A DNA stretch of 64,000 nucleotides, from NCBI RefSeq assembly GCF_006345805.1, contig NC_043004.1:100068001-100132000 (forward strand), read 5' to 3'. Positions 39,021 through 52,707 of this stretch are shown piece after piece (within the stretch, counting starts at the first letter, position 1; the number at the start of each line of letters is the position of its first letter). The notes under the pieces are model-generated. The model saw only the letters and a list, made by a program, of their open reading frames with translations, ran no database searches and was not told the DNA's origin. The DNA comes from Octopus sinensis. Lineage: Eukaryota. Position numbers and translations under genes: made by a program.

Positions 39021-39140
39021 ATATATATATATATACGTATGTATGTATATATATACGTATGTATATATATATATACGTATGTATGTATATACATACGCAT
39101 AAATACATACATATACATACATACATAAAAATACATACAT
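37985..39140. repeat. Large (TA)n/(TG)n/(CATA)n low-complexity domain
   Basis: Direct reading. Confidence 0.9.
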
Positions 39141-39474
39141 ACATACATGCATATATATGCACATAAGAGAAAGCAGTGTAAAGATTAAGTGGTAATTGTC
39201 AGATGACACAGATCTTGATGGAAATATATCGATAAAAGAAGAAAAGAAAAATAGATGATGAAATCAATAGGATGAGAAAATGTCTGACAACACTGAGCTA
39301 ATTAAGGATTAGTCAAACAAAAATAGGGTCTTTTGTTTGGAAGGATTTGATGTCAGCGAAGCAAAGCTAACTGTGATCCCAGCTTTGTAACGTACAATAG
39401 AGATTTTGTACATGTCGTTATAGTGACAGTGTGTCAATATATGTATCAATTTGTTTGAACGCCCACAATGCATG

Positions 39475-39527
<53 letters not shown>

Positions 39528-39535
<8 letters not shown>

Positions 39536-40566
39536 TAAACAGTAAAATTAAATACAGACATGGACAAGAACATGAAAAACCACAGAAGACGACACAAGAA
39601 CCACAGGACGGACATTCGAAGCCCTCAGTCATCAGTCAAGAACCAGATCATCTTAGCAATTTCGGCTGATTAATCTTGAGATTGCTCCGATATGGCCAAC
39701 CCGCCAAGGGAAATCTAAGCCAAGCGCATTAGATCCCCTGGAAGAAAGCTTCGAATGTATACAACGAAAGGACGGAAAACGATCGAAGTACACAAACAAA
39801 AATACAGAATACGTGACACCAATAAGAATACAAAAACGTAAAAACAATAACGGTAAAAATAAAAAATAAACAACAAAACAAAACCAGGACGTAGGACAAG
39901 GGTCTTTCGACAGGACGATTTGAGTAGGGGCTGGCTTGTGAAGTTGTGCCTAAAGGCCACGGGGAGACGAACAAATACGTGTTGCTTCTGAGGCTGCTGA
40001 AAACGAAAAGAGCGCTCAAGCGGCTAGCTGTCACGTGAGAACAAAAGACAGGAGAAAGGGACAGATGAAAAGGGAGAGAAGGTGGACGAGGGAGGAGAAG
40101 AAAGAGACAGATCGAGGGGGGGAGGTGAGAGAGATAGAGAAACGTAGAAAGGGGGGGGGACGGATGGAGAGGGAAGAACGGAAGTGGAATAAGGGAGGAG
40201 GGAGAGAGAGAGAAAAAGAGACAGATTAAGAGTCGTATCAAAGCTTGAGAAAAAAAATATTTCGTATAAGGACAATTGTGGATACGTAGCCGCCGATTAT
40301 ATAGGTAAACAGTAAAATTAAATACAGACATGGACAAGAACATGAAACACCACAGAGACGACACAAGAACCACAGGACGGGACATTCGAAGCCCTCAGTC
40401 ATCAGTCAAGAACCATCATCTTAGCAATTTCGGCTGATTAATCTTGAGATTGCTCCGATATGGCCAACCCGCCAAGGGAAATCTAAGCCAAGCGCATTAG
40501 ATCCCCTGGAAGAAAGCTTCGAATGTATACAACGAAAGGACGGAAAACGATCGAAGTACACAAACA
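39528..40566 (-). mobile_element. Non-coding element with ~270-bp direct terminal repeats (Penelope pseudo-LTR- or TRIM-like)
   Basis: 39528-39798 and 40298-40566 differ by only a few small indels or substitutions (period 770 bp). Non-coding interior with a purine/pyrimidine-skewed tract; flanked by TA-rich microsatellite. Strand assignment is tentative. Confidence 0.7.
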
Positions 40567-40940
40567 TATACATACATACATACATATATATATAGGTGTG
40601 TATGTATATAGATATATATATGCATATATGTATATATATATGCATCTATATAAACGCATATATATGAATATGTATGTATATGCATCTATATATATGTATG
40701 TATATATACGCATATATATGAATATGTATATACATGCTTCTATAAATATGTTTATATGTATGCACATGTACGTATGTATATGCATATTATTGATTATAAT
40801 CTACATACATGTATGCGTGTAGGTATATATATATACATATATATAAACATATAGATATGTATATATGTATTCACATATACCGACACCCCTCTCTTTCTCT
40901 GCGTGAGTGTATATATATATATATATATATACACACATAG

Positions 40941-41050
<110 letters not shown>

Positions 41051-41225
41051 CATACATATATACACATTACACTTACATCATATACAGGGATAGCATAAAA
41101 GACATAGCCCCATAAAATTTGGTGACAAAGTATGGCCTGATAGTAAAGGTGAAAACAAAGGGACAACGCATATATAGTACACATGTGTATATATTTGTGT
41201 ATACACAATTCTACATATACGTACA

Positions 41226-41278
<53 letters not shown>

Positions 41279-41452
41279 TATATATATTATAATATATATA
41301 TATATATATATATATTATATGGTGAGTATGTAAAGATCTATGTATAAATATATATAAGCGCATACATACGTACAAACATAATGACGTACAAATTTCACAT
41401 ATTTACACATTTAGCACTGCTTTCTAAGCCTTACCTTTCTGATTATATTTTA

Positions 41453-41852
41453 CTAGCAGTATCGCCCGGCATTGCTCGGGTTTGTAAGGGAAATAACTAT
41501 ATAAGCATTTTTAGAGAGTTATAACCAAAAAAAAGCAAAAAGATGCATTAAAAATGGAAAAAAGATGATGGTAATTGTTTTTTTAAATCGTTGACTCATC
41601 GTATATATTTTTAGAGAGTTACTTCCCTTATATAATAGCGAAAAAAATGCATTAAAATGGAAAAAAAAATGATGGTAAATTTTTTTTTAATCGTAGACTC
41701 ATCGTAGACGAGCGCTAATACTCAGAAGGGCTCGATATGAATCACGACTATGAGATACCCGGTTTTGGTTAAACTGCACCGCAAAATGTGGGAGTAGTTA
41801 GGAATCTAAATCGTAGGAGACAGACACACAACTTCACTTTTATATATAAAGA
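41453..41852 (-). mobile_element. Non-autonomous Helitron (400 bp) with an internal ~120-bp duplication
   Basis: Minus strand A|TCTTTATATATAAAAG...CCCGAGCAATGCCGGGCGATACTGCTAG|T. Confidence 0.9.
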
Positions 41853-42845
41853 TTATATATTTCACATTAATCTATAAGACACTCTATACTATATCATATA
41901 CTACATTTATATTTAATGTTATTTTACGTCATATAAAATTATGTTATACAATATTATATTATATCGTCAGAAATTATACATTGTAATAAATTATAATGTT
42001 CTATATTATTATATGGTATATTTTGTTAGTGTTATACAAAAGCATTAAGACTATATAAATACAGTGAACAGCTTTTGGCATGAAAGTATACGTATGACAT
42101 GTTGTAATCTTGGTGCCATCAACAGAGAAATTGGAAAATATTCCTAATTCAGATACTTGATTGTTAGTTTTCAACCTGAACTGCATTTTCCCTAAGTTAA
42201 AAAAGATTTCCTCCTGTCATGATATCGACAGTTTTTTCTTTCTGCCATGTCATTGTTCATTGATTATTTGTCAACTCACTGTTTAATAATGTACAGCCAT
42301 TATACACTTTCAACATATTCAAGGAACGAAAGGGCTTCTACGCACGAGCCTCCCAAAAGCCTCCCAGGCATTCACTTAAAAAACATCAGCCGTATCTACA
42401 TTAAATCACACTCAACCGCCAAAAAGAAGAGAAATTAGGAAGGATGATTTGAATAATGGAATTGTAGTTATATTGTCTGGGAGGAAGGAATACGAATTAT
42501 TTTAGGTCTAACCTAAGGATTAGAACAACAATAGCAATAACATCGTTGACATGTCATCATCAAAAACAATAACAGTAAGGGCATCTTGACCCTCTAGAAA
42601 GAGCACGTGCATCAGTCAAATTGAACTTTACAGTGTTTGTTTGTTTTTTTAATGGCATATTATAAAATGTTCATCCAAATATACAATGACATGGAGATGG
42701 TCATAAGTGGAACGTTGTCAATCATTATAGATTTAGCACTGGCTTATTCGATGTAGAAAATTAAGACATCAGAGATTTTAATTAATTTGGTATTAAGAAA
42801 TATGGATTTCAAATTATGGCACAAAGCAAGCAATTTCGGAGGTAG

Positions 42846-43012
42846 GGTTAAGTCGTGATGCGTATTTTGTCGACTAAGTGATGCTTATTTAATCGACCCC
42901 GAAACAATGAAAGGTAAAATGGACTCTGCGGAATTTGAACTCAGAACTTAATGACGGATGCCATACTGCAAAGCATGTTGCCCGCTGTGCTAATAATTCT
43001 ATAAGCTCGACA
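42846..43012 (-). mobile_element. SINE-C, diverged
   Basis: Reverse complement of the TTCTGAGTTCAAATTCCGC and GGGGTCGAT motifs. Confidence 0.65.
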
Positions 43013-43069
43013 ACTCGACGCATTAGTGATGTGATATATTATCTAAATGTCTAACTCACACAATATGAG

Positions 43070-43124
<55 letters not shown>

Positions 43125-43544
43125 TATATATATATATATCATATATATATATTACATATATATATACATAATACATACATACATACATACATACATACAT
43201 ACATACAAATAAAATTATGGAGGTTTAGTTCTCAGGTGATCTAGACGATTATGTATGCTAGGTAAGTGCTGTAATGGATTACTAGGGCTCCAACTCTCTT
43301 GTCATTCCTTATTCCTTTACTCATGTCCTCTATATCGTCATTTCATTAATCTATATCCTTCTTAGTTTCCCTGTTTGTCTCCTATAACGGAATATCCCAT
43401 ACTCTGTGATAATCCAGAAACAGCTGTAAGACTGAACTTATTCCAATAATAATAATAGATATGACTTGAGATGTTTGCCTGGCCTTAAATTTTGTTTTCC
43501 CCTTAACAAGTTCTATATATATGTTATATATATACATATATATA

Positions 43545-43598
<54 letters not shown>

Positions 43599-43603
43599 TA
43601 TAT

Positions 43604-43639
<36 letters not shown>

Positions 43640-43659
43640 ATTATATAATATATATATAT

Positions 43660-43691
<32 letters not shown>

Positions 43692-43820
43692 GACAATTAT
43701 TCGGTTGCGACGATATACTCCGAGTTTATATATATATAATATTATATATATAATTTTATACTGTATTATATTATATATATATATAATATTATATTGTATT
43801 ATATTATATCATATATATTA

Positions 43821-44061
43821 TATTTGTAATATAATATGTGGCAATTATTCGGTTGCAGTGAAGAAACTCTGAGTTTCGGAAGTCGGGGAGAAAACTTGCA
43901 CCGGCATCTCTGCAGTTATCGAAGTAATTAAAATATAAGATATCTTATATTTTAATTGCCTCGATAACCGAAGAGATGCAGCTGCAGATTTCTGCCCCGA
44001 TATTCGAAACCCGGAGTTTATCATGGCAACCGAAGAATTGTTACATATTATAATACAAATA
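43821..44061. mobile_element. Spacer-less palindromic element (~240 bp), probably a MITE
   Basis: Perfect 32-bp central palindrome at 43926-43957; imperfect arms extend about 120 bp on each side. Confidence 0.75.
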
Positions 44062-44215
44062 GATTCCTCTATTTACATAATATCGAGGTCTCTTTCATTC
44101 TTTTGTTGTCTTATATATATATTACATATATATATACATATGTATGTGTGGTTTTAGAGGGAAATAGTACACACACACACACTCACATATATATATATAT
44201 ATATAATATATATAT

Positions 44216-44255
<40 letters not shown>

Positions 44256-44892
44256 AGGGGGGAGCTTCAAACTCTGAACTTTGGTTTAGAGGATGTAACA
44301 ATGGAATACTGTAGCGAGGGAGGTTATTATTTTAGCAAAGGAATGACTATGCCGGATACAATACCATTTTATTAGACAGTTTTACTGAATCATACTCTAA
44401 GCATTACTGCAAGAACATAAAAAAATAACAGTTGTAAACACGATATGTATGAAGTAACATCAATTTAAAACTCAAAGGCAAAACTCTACGGAAAATAAAA
44501 AGGATTCCAGGTGATGGAAAACTAAACATTTTACTGGGCACTAGCATACTTCATGTTGTAACCCAAGAAATGCTTATTAATTAATGAGAACAATTCTAAT
44601 CTAAATGACTAATTCTATCAAACGAAAACTCGGAGGTGATAACAACTAAATTTTAATTAACTAATTAATTAAGACTTGAATCTTTAGTGATGATACCAAC
44701 TATTATGTTAATAATTGACTCTGTTCTCTTTTTTCCCCCACAAGGTGGAGATAACGTCAGCATCGTTATTAATTAGAATTATTCAAACGTATGGCTTACG
44801 CCCAGTATAAATATAGGAAGATAAATGTTCAACTAATGACTTTATATACAATGACAGAGTGTATATATTCATTACTAACAAAATTTCCGTTA

Positions 44893-45148
<256 letters not shown>

Positions 45149-45528
45149 AGTCGATGGACCTTCATCTCTGTCTATAGTAGAATGACAGTATATATTCACT
45201 TAATTATTCATTGACAAAGCAATTAATCAACAGTCCAGAAATTTACTATTAAAATGGTTCTGGTTAACTTTGGTTAATAGCAATAAAATAAGCACTATGC
45301 AAAGTTGAATATGTAACACGGATTAAGTGATATGGGTTTTTCATCAAACAGTATATTTTCGATCTTAGTCCTTCCCAGCGAAACCTAGACAGGTCTTAAA
45401 TGACCGGAGAAGTATATAGGATATAATTTTGTTATACATGAAAGGAATGACTGGGTAAACAAGCTCAGGTTCAACTGCTGTATGAGAACTTAATAGAAAA
45501 GTTGGTATCAACATTCATTCAAAGAGTT

Positions 45529-45690
45529 CATCATCATTGTTCGACCGTGGTCGAGACAATGGAATTTACTATGCTACGCCAGACTTCACGGTCCATCATA
45601 GCATTACAGAGGTCCTGTTGCTGGCTGCCTGTATCCCTGGAGATTACATCAGGGTATGAGAGTGTGCGCCCTCTGGTATCGCGAGTAGAT
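45529..45690 (-). mobile_element. 5'-truncated RTE-type LINE 3' end with 12-bp TSD
   Basis: Translates STRDTRGRTLSYPDVISRDTG..AMMDREVWRS..VEQ* with a (TGA)n tail. TSD ATTCAAAGAGTT at 45517-45528 and 45691-45702. Confidence 0.85.
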
Positions 45691-46005
45691 ATTCAAAGAG
45701 TTAGTTAATCCGGATGAAATTACGTAGCTGTACGATTTGAAAAAAAATAGCAGCTAAATTACTCACGAATCATAGTTCAGCATCATAAATACCCAATTGT
45801 GTTGGTGAGTATCTCTGTGTGCTTGTGTCACATCTTCCGTGTTTATGTTTTACCTAATGCACAAGAATTAGTTGTTCAGCAGAGAGGTTCGATGAAATAA
45901 GTATAAAGAGTGAAGTACTAGTGTGGTTATATTTGACTAAAACCTTCAAAGTAGGCAGGTGCGATATGCTCAGTGCAAAACAATTAAGATATATATATAT
46001 GCATA

Positions 46006-46242
46006 TAGTAATCCCTCGCCATATCGCGGTTCACCTATCACGGTTCTCCTATCGCTGTATATAATTTAAGCTTACGTCGATTCCTCCGTGTTGTTGTTTT
46101 GCATTTATGATAAAATAAATATATATACAAATTATAAAAATAAAAATATAATATTCGGTACAGTATTGCTTCTACTTCGCGGATTTTCACCTATTGTGCG
46201 GGGTTTTGGAACATAACAACCGCGATAGTCGAGGGATTACTA
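46006..46242. mobile_element. pogo/Tigger-like MITE
   Basis: About 25-bp TIRs TAGTAATCCCTCG..ATCGCGGTT with TA on both sides. Confidence 0.8.
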
Positions 46243-46259
46243 TACATACATACATACAT

Positions 46260-46291
<32 letters not shown>

Positions 46292-46600
46292 GCACACACA
46301 CATATACATACAATCATACATACATACATAAATACATACATACAAACATACATAAATACATACATACATACATGCATACATGCATACATACATACATACA
46401 TGCATACATACATACATACATACATACATGCATACATACATACATGCATGCATATATACTTACATACATACATACACATACACATACATCGATCGATCCA
46501 TCCATCCATCCATCCATCCATACATACATACATAAATACATACATACACACATACATACATACATGCATACATACATACATACATACATACATACATACA

Positions 46601-46631
<31 letters not shown>
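46243..46631. repeat. (CATA)n microsatellite
   Basis: Direct reading. Confidence 0.95.
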
Positions 46632-46632
<1 letters not shown>

Positions 46633-46644
46633 AGAACAGACAAT

Positions 46645-46830
46645 TAAAAACCATAATAAAAAAAGAAAAACATGACCGTGAGGACGTGCACAAGAAATAT
46701 ATTAATTTGACGCGCGGTGAAAGGAGGAAGTTGTTAACGTTTCGAGCATAGCTCTTCATCGGAAAGAGAGAAGTCCAAAGCGAAAGATGGAAGATTAAGG
46801 GAAAATGGCCAACAATTGATGTGCGGTTAC
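46645..46830 (-). mobile_element. Penelope-associated terminal-repeat family variant (hammerhead-like motif at 46733-46765)
   Basis: Reverse complement TTT CCGATGA A GAGC TAT GCTC GAAACGT T AAC. Confidence 0.55.
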
Positions 46831-49026
46831 ATTACATATGTACTGCTGTTCCTTTAAGGTAAGACCAACAAAGAAAAAAATACTCTATCCAGTGAGAGTT
46901 ATTAACAGGTTGTTGCAATGAAGACAGATAGCTAGGCAGGTTTTTTGCATCTCTATATTGCTGGGCATCTAGTGTCTCCAAGCAATCTTCAGACTCCGTG
47001 TTTGTTTCTTTCTTTTCTCGTTTTTTATTCAACCATAAGCTTTTTCTATCAACCTTCTTCTCATTTTTACTCGTGGTTTCTCATGTACCAGCACTCTTAT
47101 TGTCAAATAAAATAGAACGTTTACTTTGAGCCTTAGGGTTGCTTGGAGACAAGCCACATGTCTTCATAGCAAGAAACTATTAGTCACTCTTATCTTTATA
47201 TTTTGTACATTGAATAACATAATTTTCTATATATGCACATATATACATGTGTGTGTGTGTTTGTGCTTGTGTGCTTGTGCTTGTATGTGGTGTGTGTGGT
47301 GTGTGTGTGTTGTGTGTGTGTGTGTGTGTGTGTATTTGTGCTTGTGTACAGAGAAAAAGACACACAGACAGAGACAGAGTTAGAGACAAAGATTGACAGA
47401 TATATAGTTATATGCAAACAGCAGAAAACCTAATTTTATAAGGATTCGTTCAGTGCAGATGCTGCATGGGAAAGTTGTAGCTGCGCTTTGAGGATTTATG
47501 TGCACTCAACCACCCGCTTCACATCCATGCACCTAATGTACACTCGTGAACATGCAAACAAAAACATATGTTCCCGGTCAGACATCTTCATGCCAAGACA
47601 TACCTCACATATCTAAGACGTACATACGTAACAGATACCAGAAACACAGAGTGAGCGTGCGTGTGTGTGTGTACTTGTGTGTGTGCCAGTTTGAGTGAGA
47701 GAGTGAGTGCGTGCAAATGCGTAGGTGTATGCCTGCTCTCTTTGTTCTTTGTGCATTTTGCGGGGAGGGTGTTTAATGCGAATTATCAGAGACCCTACAG
47801 ACTTGGATAGATTGCTTCTCGGTAGTTTTTTTCGTGATCTGAGTTCTAATCATAGCTTGATCAACATGGCCGTTTGTCTTTTCGGTCTAAAAGACTACAG
47901 ATTACATAAGTGAGCTTTTCAAGCGGCATTTCACAGGGGCAATCGACCACAACAGAGGGTGGGGCGTTCTGAAGAGTGCAATTATGTAGGAGAAGAAGGC
48001 GTTTAGTGAAAACGTAGTAAAAGAGGAAAATGAATCGGGGAGAAACGCTTAGAATTGGCATCGAGACCAATGTCTTAGCGGCAGGAATGAACTTTTCCCA
48101 TAACATCAACTCGAATCAGAAACATGAAGGAAGGAAAGCATGAGAGCTATATTATATAAACACACAAACAAAAAGATAGATATAGGTATATACATATAAA
48201 TGTAGATATATATATATGTGTATACACACATCATAGAGACATGTATATACATGTATGCACACTATTCCACGCAAACATACGCACCTACCCACACGGTGCG
48301 GTTCAGAGATTAATGTTTGTATTATATATTTCCTAGATCGGAGCTGATTTATAACTACAAAATCACAACAGTAATGGTTCGACAGTTCTTACGGATTGTT
48401 TTTGTTTTTAAATAAATTTAGTACGTTATGACTATTATGATTATCGGAATTGATAACACTATATCTCCATATTTGAAAATAGTTATGAATAAACCAGTAT
48501 AATATTGTTTATGTATCTCTTGTATCAAAGTTTCCATCAGTAAATTTGTTACGTAAATTAAATTGGACCAACAAACATTGTTTGAGCAGCACAATATCAT
48601 ATCATACCATTATTCTGTACAGAAGCAGAGGCGTTATGCTTTTCATGTCAATTACAAACCTCGGAGACAAACACAACCGAAACAGAGTAATGCAACCGAA
48701 AATCTTCCGCTATCCATCTGCACAGTTGCAGTTATGGCTCTTCGTGTAGATTTGTTCACTACGTTACTACTAAATTTGGGTTCGATACCAATGTACAGAT
48801 CTACGAGGAAGAGTTTTCTCCTGCGTCCTCAGTTGAGGTTGAATTTCAATTTCACGTTGTCGAGGAGATAAAATCGAAGGAGATAACAGCTATTTTTAAT
48901 TAACCATGCCCCTCACCCAAAATATTTTTGAGCTTCTGCAGACTTATAATTAAAATGCTGTTATGGCTTATTCGAAAGAAGAATTGTAGTGCACAGAAGT
49001 ACTTTTAGTGTCTCCAGGACTGGGGA

Positions 49027-49402
49027 AGCACTCCGTCGGTTACGACGACGAGGGTTCCGGTTGATCCGATCAACGGAACAGCCTGCTCGTGAAATTAACG
49101 TGTAAGTGGCTGAGCACTCCACAGACACGCGTACTCTTAACGTAGCTCTCGGGGATATTCAGCGTGACACAGAGAGTGACAAGGCCGGCCCTTCGAAATA
49201 CAGGTACAACAGAAACAGGAAGTAAGAGTGAGAGAAGGTTGTGGTGAAAGAGTACAGCAGGGATCACCCCCCCCTGCCGGAGCCTCCTGGAGCTTTAGGT
49301 GTTTTCGCTCAATAAACACTCACAACGCCCGGTCTGGGAATCGAAACCGCGATCCTACGACCGCGAGTCCGCTACCCTAACCACTGGGCCATTGCGCATC
49401 CA
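49027..49402 (-). mobile_element. SINE-D, full length (tRNA-Arg-like head; possibly the OR1/OR2 group, not verified)
   Basis: Reverse complement GCGCAATGGCCCAGTGGTTAGGGTAGCGGACTCGCGG..GGTTTCGATTCCC (A and B boxes). Confidence 0.85.
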
Positions 49403-49703
49403 CCCTCCAGGACTAGTGAGAGAAAATTAACACCTGCATCAGAGTGACTCACAGTTAAAGAATCAGATGAAGGTAATGTTGGTGTTAAACCTGATGACAA
49501 ATAAAGTCAAAAGTCCAACAACAGACATGGTCCTTTCGATAACTCCTACTCCTAAAAACTTAGATCACAATGCTTTTAATTGATCTGAGCTTTTGATAGA
49601 AAGCACTTGTACGAGAGTACGTCAGTGAGATTGAAACGAAAAACTCGTAGTTGCGTAGCGAACGTTTTTGATACATAACCATACATGTTCCATTACAACG
49701 GAT

Positions 49704-50050
49704 AAGGGCAAGATGGAAGGATTAGACAAAAGAGAGGAAGGAGTCTAGTTCTTCGTGGGAGAATGAAGTCGCGCCGATACAGTCATCAATATAATGACCG
49801 TATAGCTCAGGGGTGGAACCAGTGAATTGTGAGAATATTTGGGCCTCAACGTAGTCAACGAACGGATTCGCATAGTTGGGCCCATTCTCGTTCTCAAGAC
49901 CACTCCCAAGACCTTTTGGTAAAAATCCCCCGCGAACGAGAAGCATTTGAGGGAGAGAATGAGTTCGGTCAGACGAGGAAGTGTGAAGGTGTCGGGGGAG
50001 TGCATTGGGGAGGAAGGGGTTGGGTATAGGGGCATCGGGTGTGACAGAAT
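49704..50050 (-). pseudogene. Penelope-like element reverse transcriptase fragment
   Basis: Frameshifted RLTELILSLKCFSFAGDFYQKVLGV..RTRMGP / NYANPFVDYVEAQIFSQFTG..PELYGHYIDDCIGATS..LDSFLSFV*SFHLAL; YIDD catalytic motif. Confidence 0.9.
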
Positions 50051-50334
50051 GAAGGAGTTAGTTGAGTTTAATGCTGTGTAGAGCGAAAGAGGAACTCGAT
50101 AAAAAAATGATTTAAATGGATTATGAGGCGTAGAGTGGATTGTGCAAAGAAAGGTGAAAGAGAAGACAAAGGTGGATTAAGCGAGAGGGACAAGGCGGTC
50201 ATGGATGTGTATTTTTGAGAGATTAAAATTAATGGTGGCACATATATATATATATATGTGTGTGTGTATGTAAATGTGTGTGCGTGCGTGTGTGTGTGTA
50301 TGCGTGTGTTTGTGTGTGTATGTGTGTGTGTGTT

Positions 50335-50710
50335 TGTGTGTCTGTGTTTGTCGCCCTACCATCGATTGACAACCGATGTTGGCGTGCTTACGTCCCTGTA
50401 AATTAGCGGTTCGGCAAAAGAGTCCGATAGAATAAGTACTAGGTTTACAAAGAATAAGACCTGGGGTTGATTTGCTCGACTAAAGGTGATGCTCCAGCAT
50501 GGCCACAGTCAAATGACTGAAACAAATAAAAAAAATAAAAAAGAGTAAAAAAAAGATAAAAGTATATATAATATATAATATATATATATATTATATATAT
50601 TAATATATATATATACATGTACAAGTCCTGGGGTCGATATGTTCGATTAAAGGCGGTGATCCAGCATAGCCAAAGTCAAATGACTGAAACGAATAAAAGA
50701 ATAAAAGAAT
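50335..50710 (+). mobile_element. SINE-A 3' half plus a second duplicated tail
   Basis: Body and tail at 50335-50550; a second tail GTCCTGGGGTCGAT...GACTGAAAC at 50620-50710. Confidence 0.8.
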
Positions 50711-50909
50711 ATATGTAAGTAAATGTATTTTAGTATATACATAGTATATACATATCTTAGTATATACATATTTGATACGCGCGCGCGGACCCACCTACAA
50801 ACACACACATATGTACCTGTGGTAATGAGATGTCTAATTGTGATCGCCGTGGTTGGAAGTAAGAACACTGAAAGAAAGAGTTGGGCAGAGAGGCAGACAT
50901 ACAGATAGA

Positions 50910-50970
50910 CAGAGAGAGAGAGAGAGAGGCAAAGAGAGAGAGAGAGAGAGAGAAAGAAAGAGAGAAACAG

Positions 50971-51019
<49 letters not shown>

Positions 51020-51085
51020 GAAGGGAGAAAGAAAGGAAGGAAGGAAGAAATAATTAAATAAATAAAGAAAGAAAGAAAAAGAGAG
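50910..51085. repeat. (GA)n/(GAAA)n polypurine tract
   Basis: Direct reading. Confidence 0.9.
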
Positions 51086-51339
51086 AGTCTAGCGTTTGCT
51101 GTGTTGCATTCCTTTGTGACTTTCTGTTTTTGCTCGCTTCCGTATTCTGACAGATGTACACACCAAATTCAACACCACATGCAATCTCACCAGCTACGCC
51201 CAAAGTTCATATGCAACTGAACGCAGTTTAAACCCAAATCTAATTGACTGGCAATAGTATACGCTGAAATATTCACCTCCACGTGATACGACAGTTGCAG
51301 TGCACTTGCAATACGTTGGTCCTTGTATGTATGTGTTTT

Positions 51340-51446
<107 letters not shown>

Positions 51447-51520
51447 GTTGAGTATAACATAATATATATGGCATGAAGCTTGCTTCCCAACTACATGGTT
51501 GCTGGTTCCTGGTTCCTATA

Positions 51521-51905
51521 TCTCTCTCTATATAAACGGCAGTTTGTCGTGCGTGTTTCTGTGTGTCTGTTTTCTCGTACCCTCACCCTGACCACGGCTT
51601 TCAACCGATTCTGATGAAACTTGACACCACATAGCCCAATGTCATAATTCAAAACTAACGCAGCGAAAATTTTGAAAAGTTCCCCCAGTTCTGAAAAAAA
51701 TCGATAAATTCGACATGGGGTCGAGAATAAAAAAAAACAAACCACAGACTGTCTAGGGGACGCAACTCAACCTTTTATTACTCTCAAAAAAAAAATTTAC
51801 CATCATTTTTTTCCATTTTTTTGCTATTTTTTGGCTATAACTCTCTAAAAATACTTTATAGTTATTTCCCTTACAAACCTGAGCAACGCCGGGCGATACT
51901 GCTAG
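51521..51905 (+). mobile_element. Non-autonomous Helitron (385 bp), mosaic
   Basis: A|TCTCTCTCTATATAAA...GAGCAACGCCGGGCGATACTGCTAG|T. The 3' ~130 bp is shared with 41453-41852; the 5' part is unrelated. Confidence 0.85.
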
Positions 51906-52290
51906 TATATATATATATATAATATATATAATATATATCCTTCGCCCTTTCTGCAATTTAACGCTCACTCTGATACTACCATCTACTTCCCTTAATTCAG
52001 TACCTGAACCGTCGTACACTCTGCTGAAGTCGCTTAATTACACTCACAGCATCTCAATAAAACTCCCATCGTTTATGTCACAGCATTATTTTCTGTTTCA
52101 CTTCATCCTTGCGGCCCTTATTTATCTGTTTATATAAATTCTATCACTTCATATATGCCGTGTTCACATGTATGCAATCTGTTGCTTTCTAATGTCTTCA
52201 AATGATGCTTCTGTACCGACGTTTCAAACATCAGTCCATCTTGAATCCTTTCAAGATGGGTAAATAAGTATCAGTCCGTAACTAGGATGA

Positions 52291-52357
<67 letters not shown>

Positions 52358-52358
<1 letters not shown>

Positions 52359-52705
52359 AGCTTGCCTTTCATCCTTTCGGGGTCGATGAAATAGGTACCA
52401 GTTATGTACTTGGGTCGATGTAATCGATTATTTTCTAGCCCCTACCCCCATTTCAGGCCTTGCGCCTATGTTAGAAAGTGCACTTTCAGGCATCAAGCTA
52501 GCAGAATCATTAGCACACCGGATAAAATGCATAGTAGTATTTCGTCCGTCTTTACGTTCTGAGTTCAAATTTTGTCGTGGTCGACCTTGCCTTTTATCCT
52601 TGAGGGGTCGGTAAATTAAGTGCCAGTTGAGCATTGGGGGTCAACGAGGTCCACTAATCCTCTCCACTAAAATATTAGTCATTTTGCTTATAGCAGAAAG
52701 GATTA
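52358..52705 (+). mobile_element. Two tandem SINE-C copies
   Basis: 3' part at 52358-52478 and a near-full copy at 52490-52705. Confidence 0.75.
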
Positions 52706-52707
52706 TG

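Noticed and set aside
52216-52260. Minus-strand CTGATG..GAAACGTC next to a perfect 10-bp hairpin (52236-52259) as a type III hammerhead
   Set aside because: Stem II is absent, A9 is missing and the hairpin is out of register.
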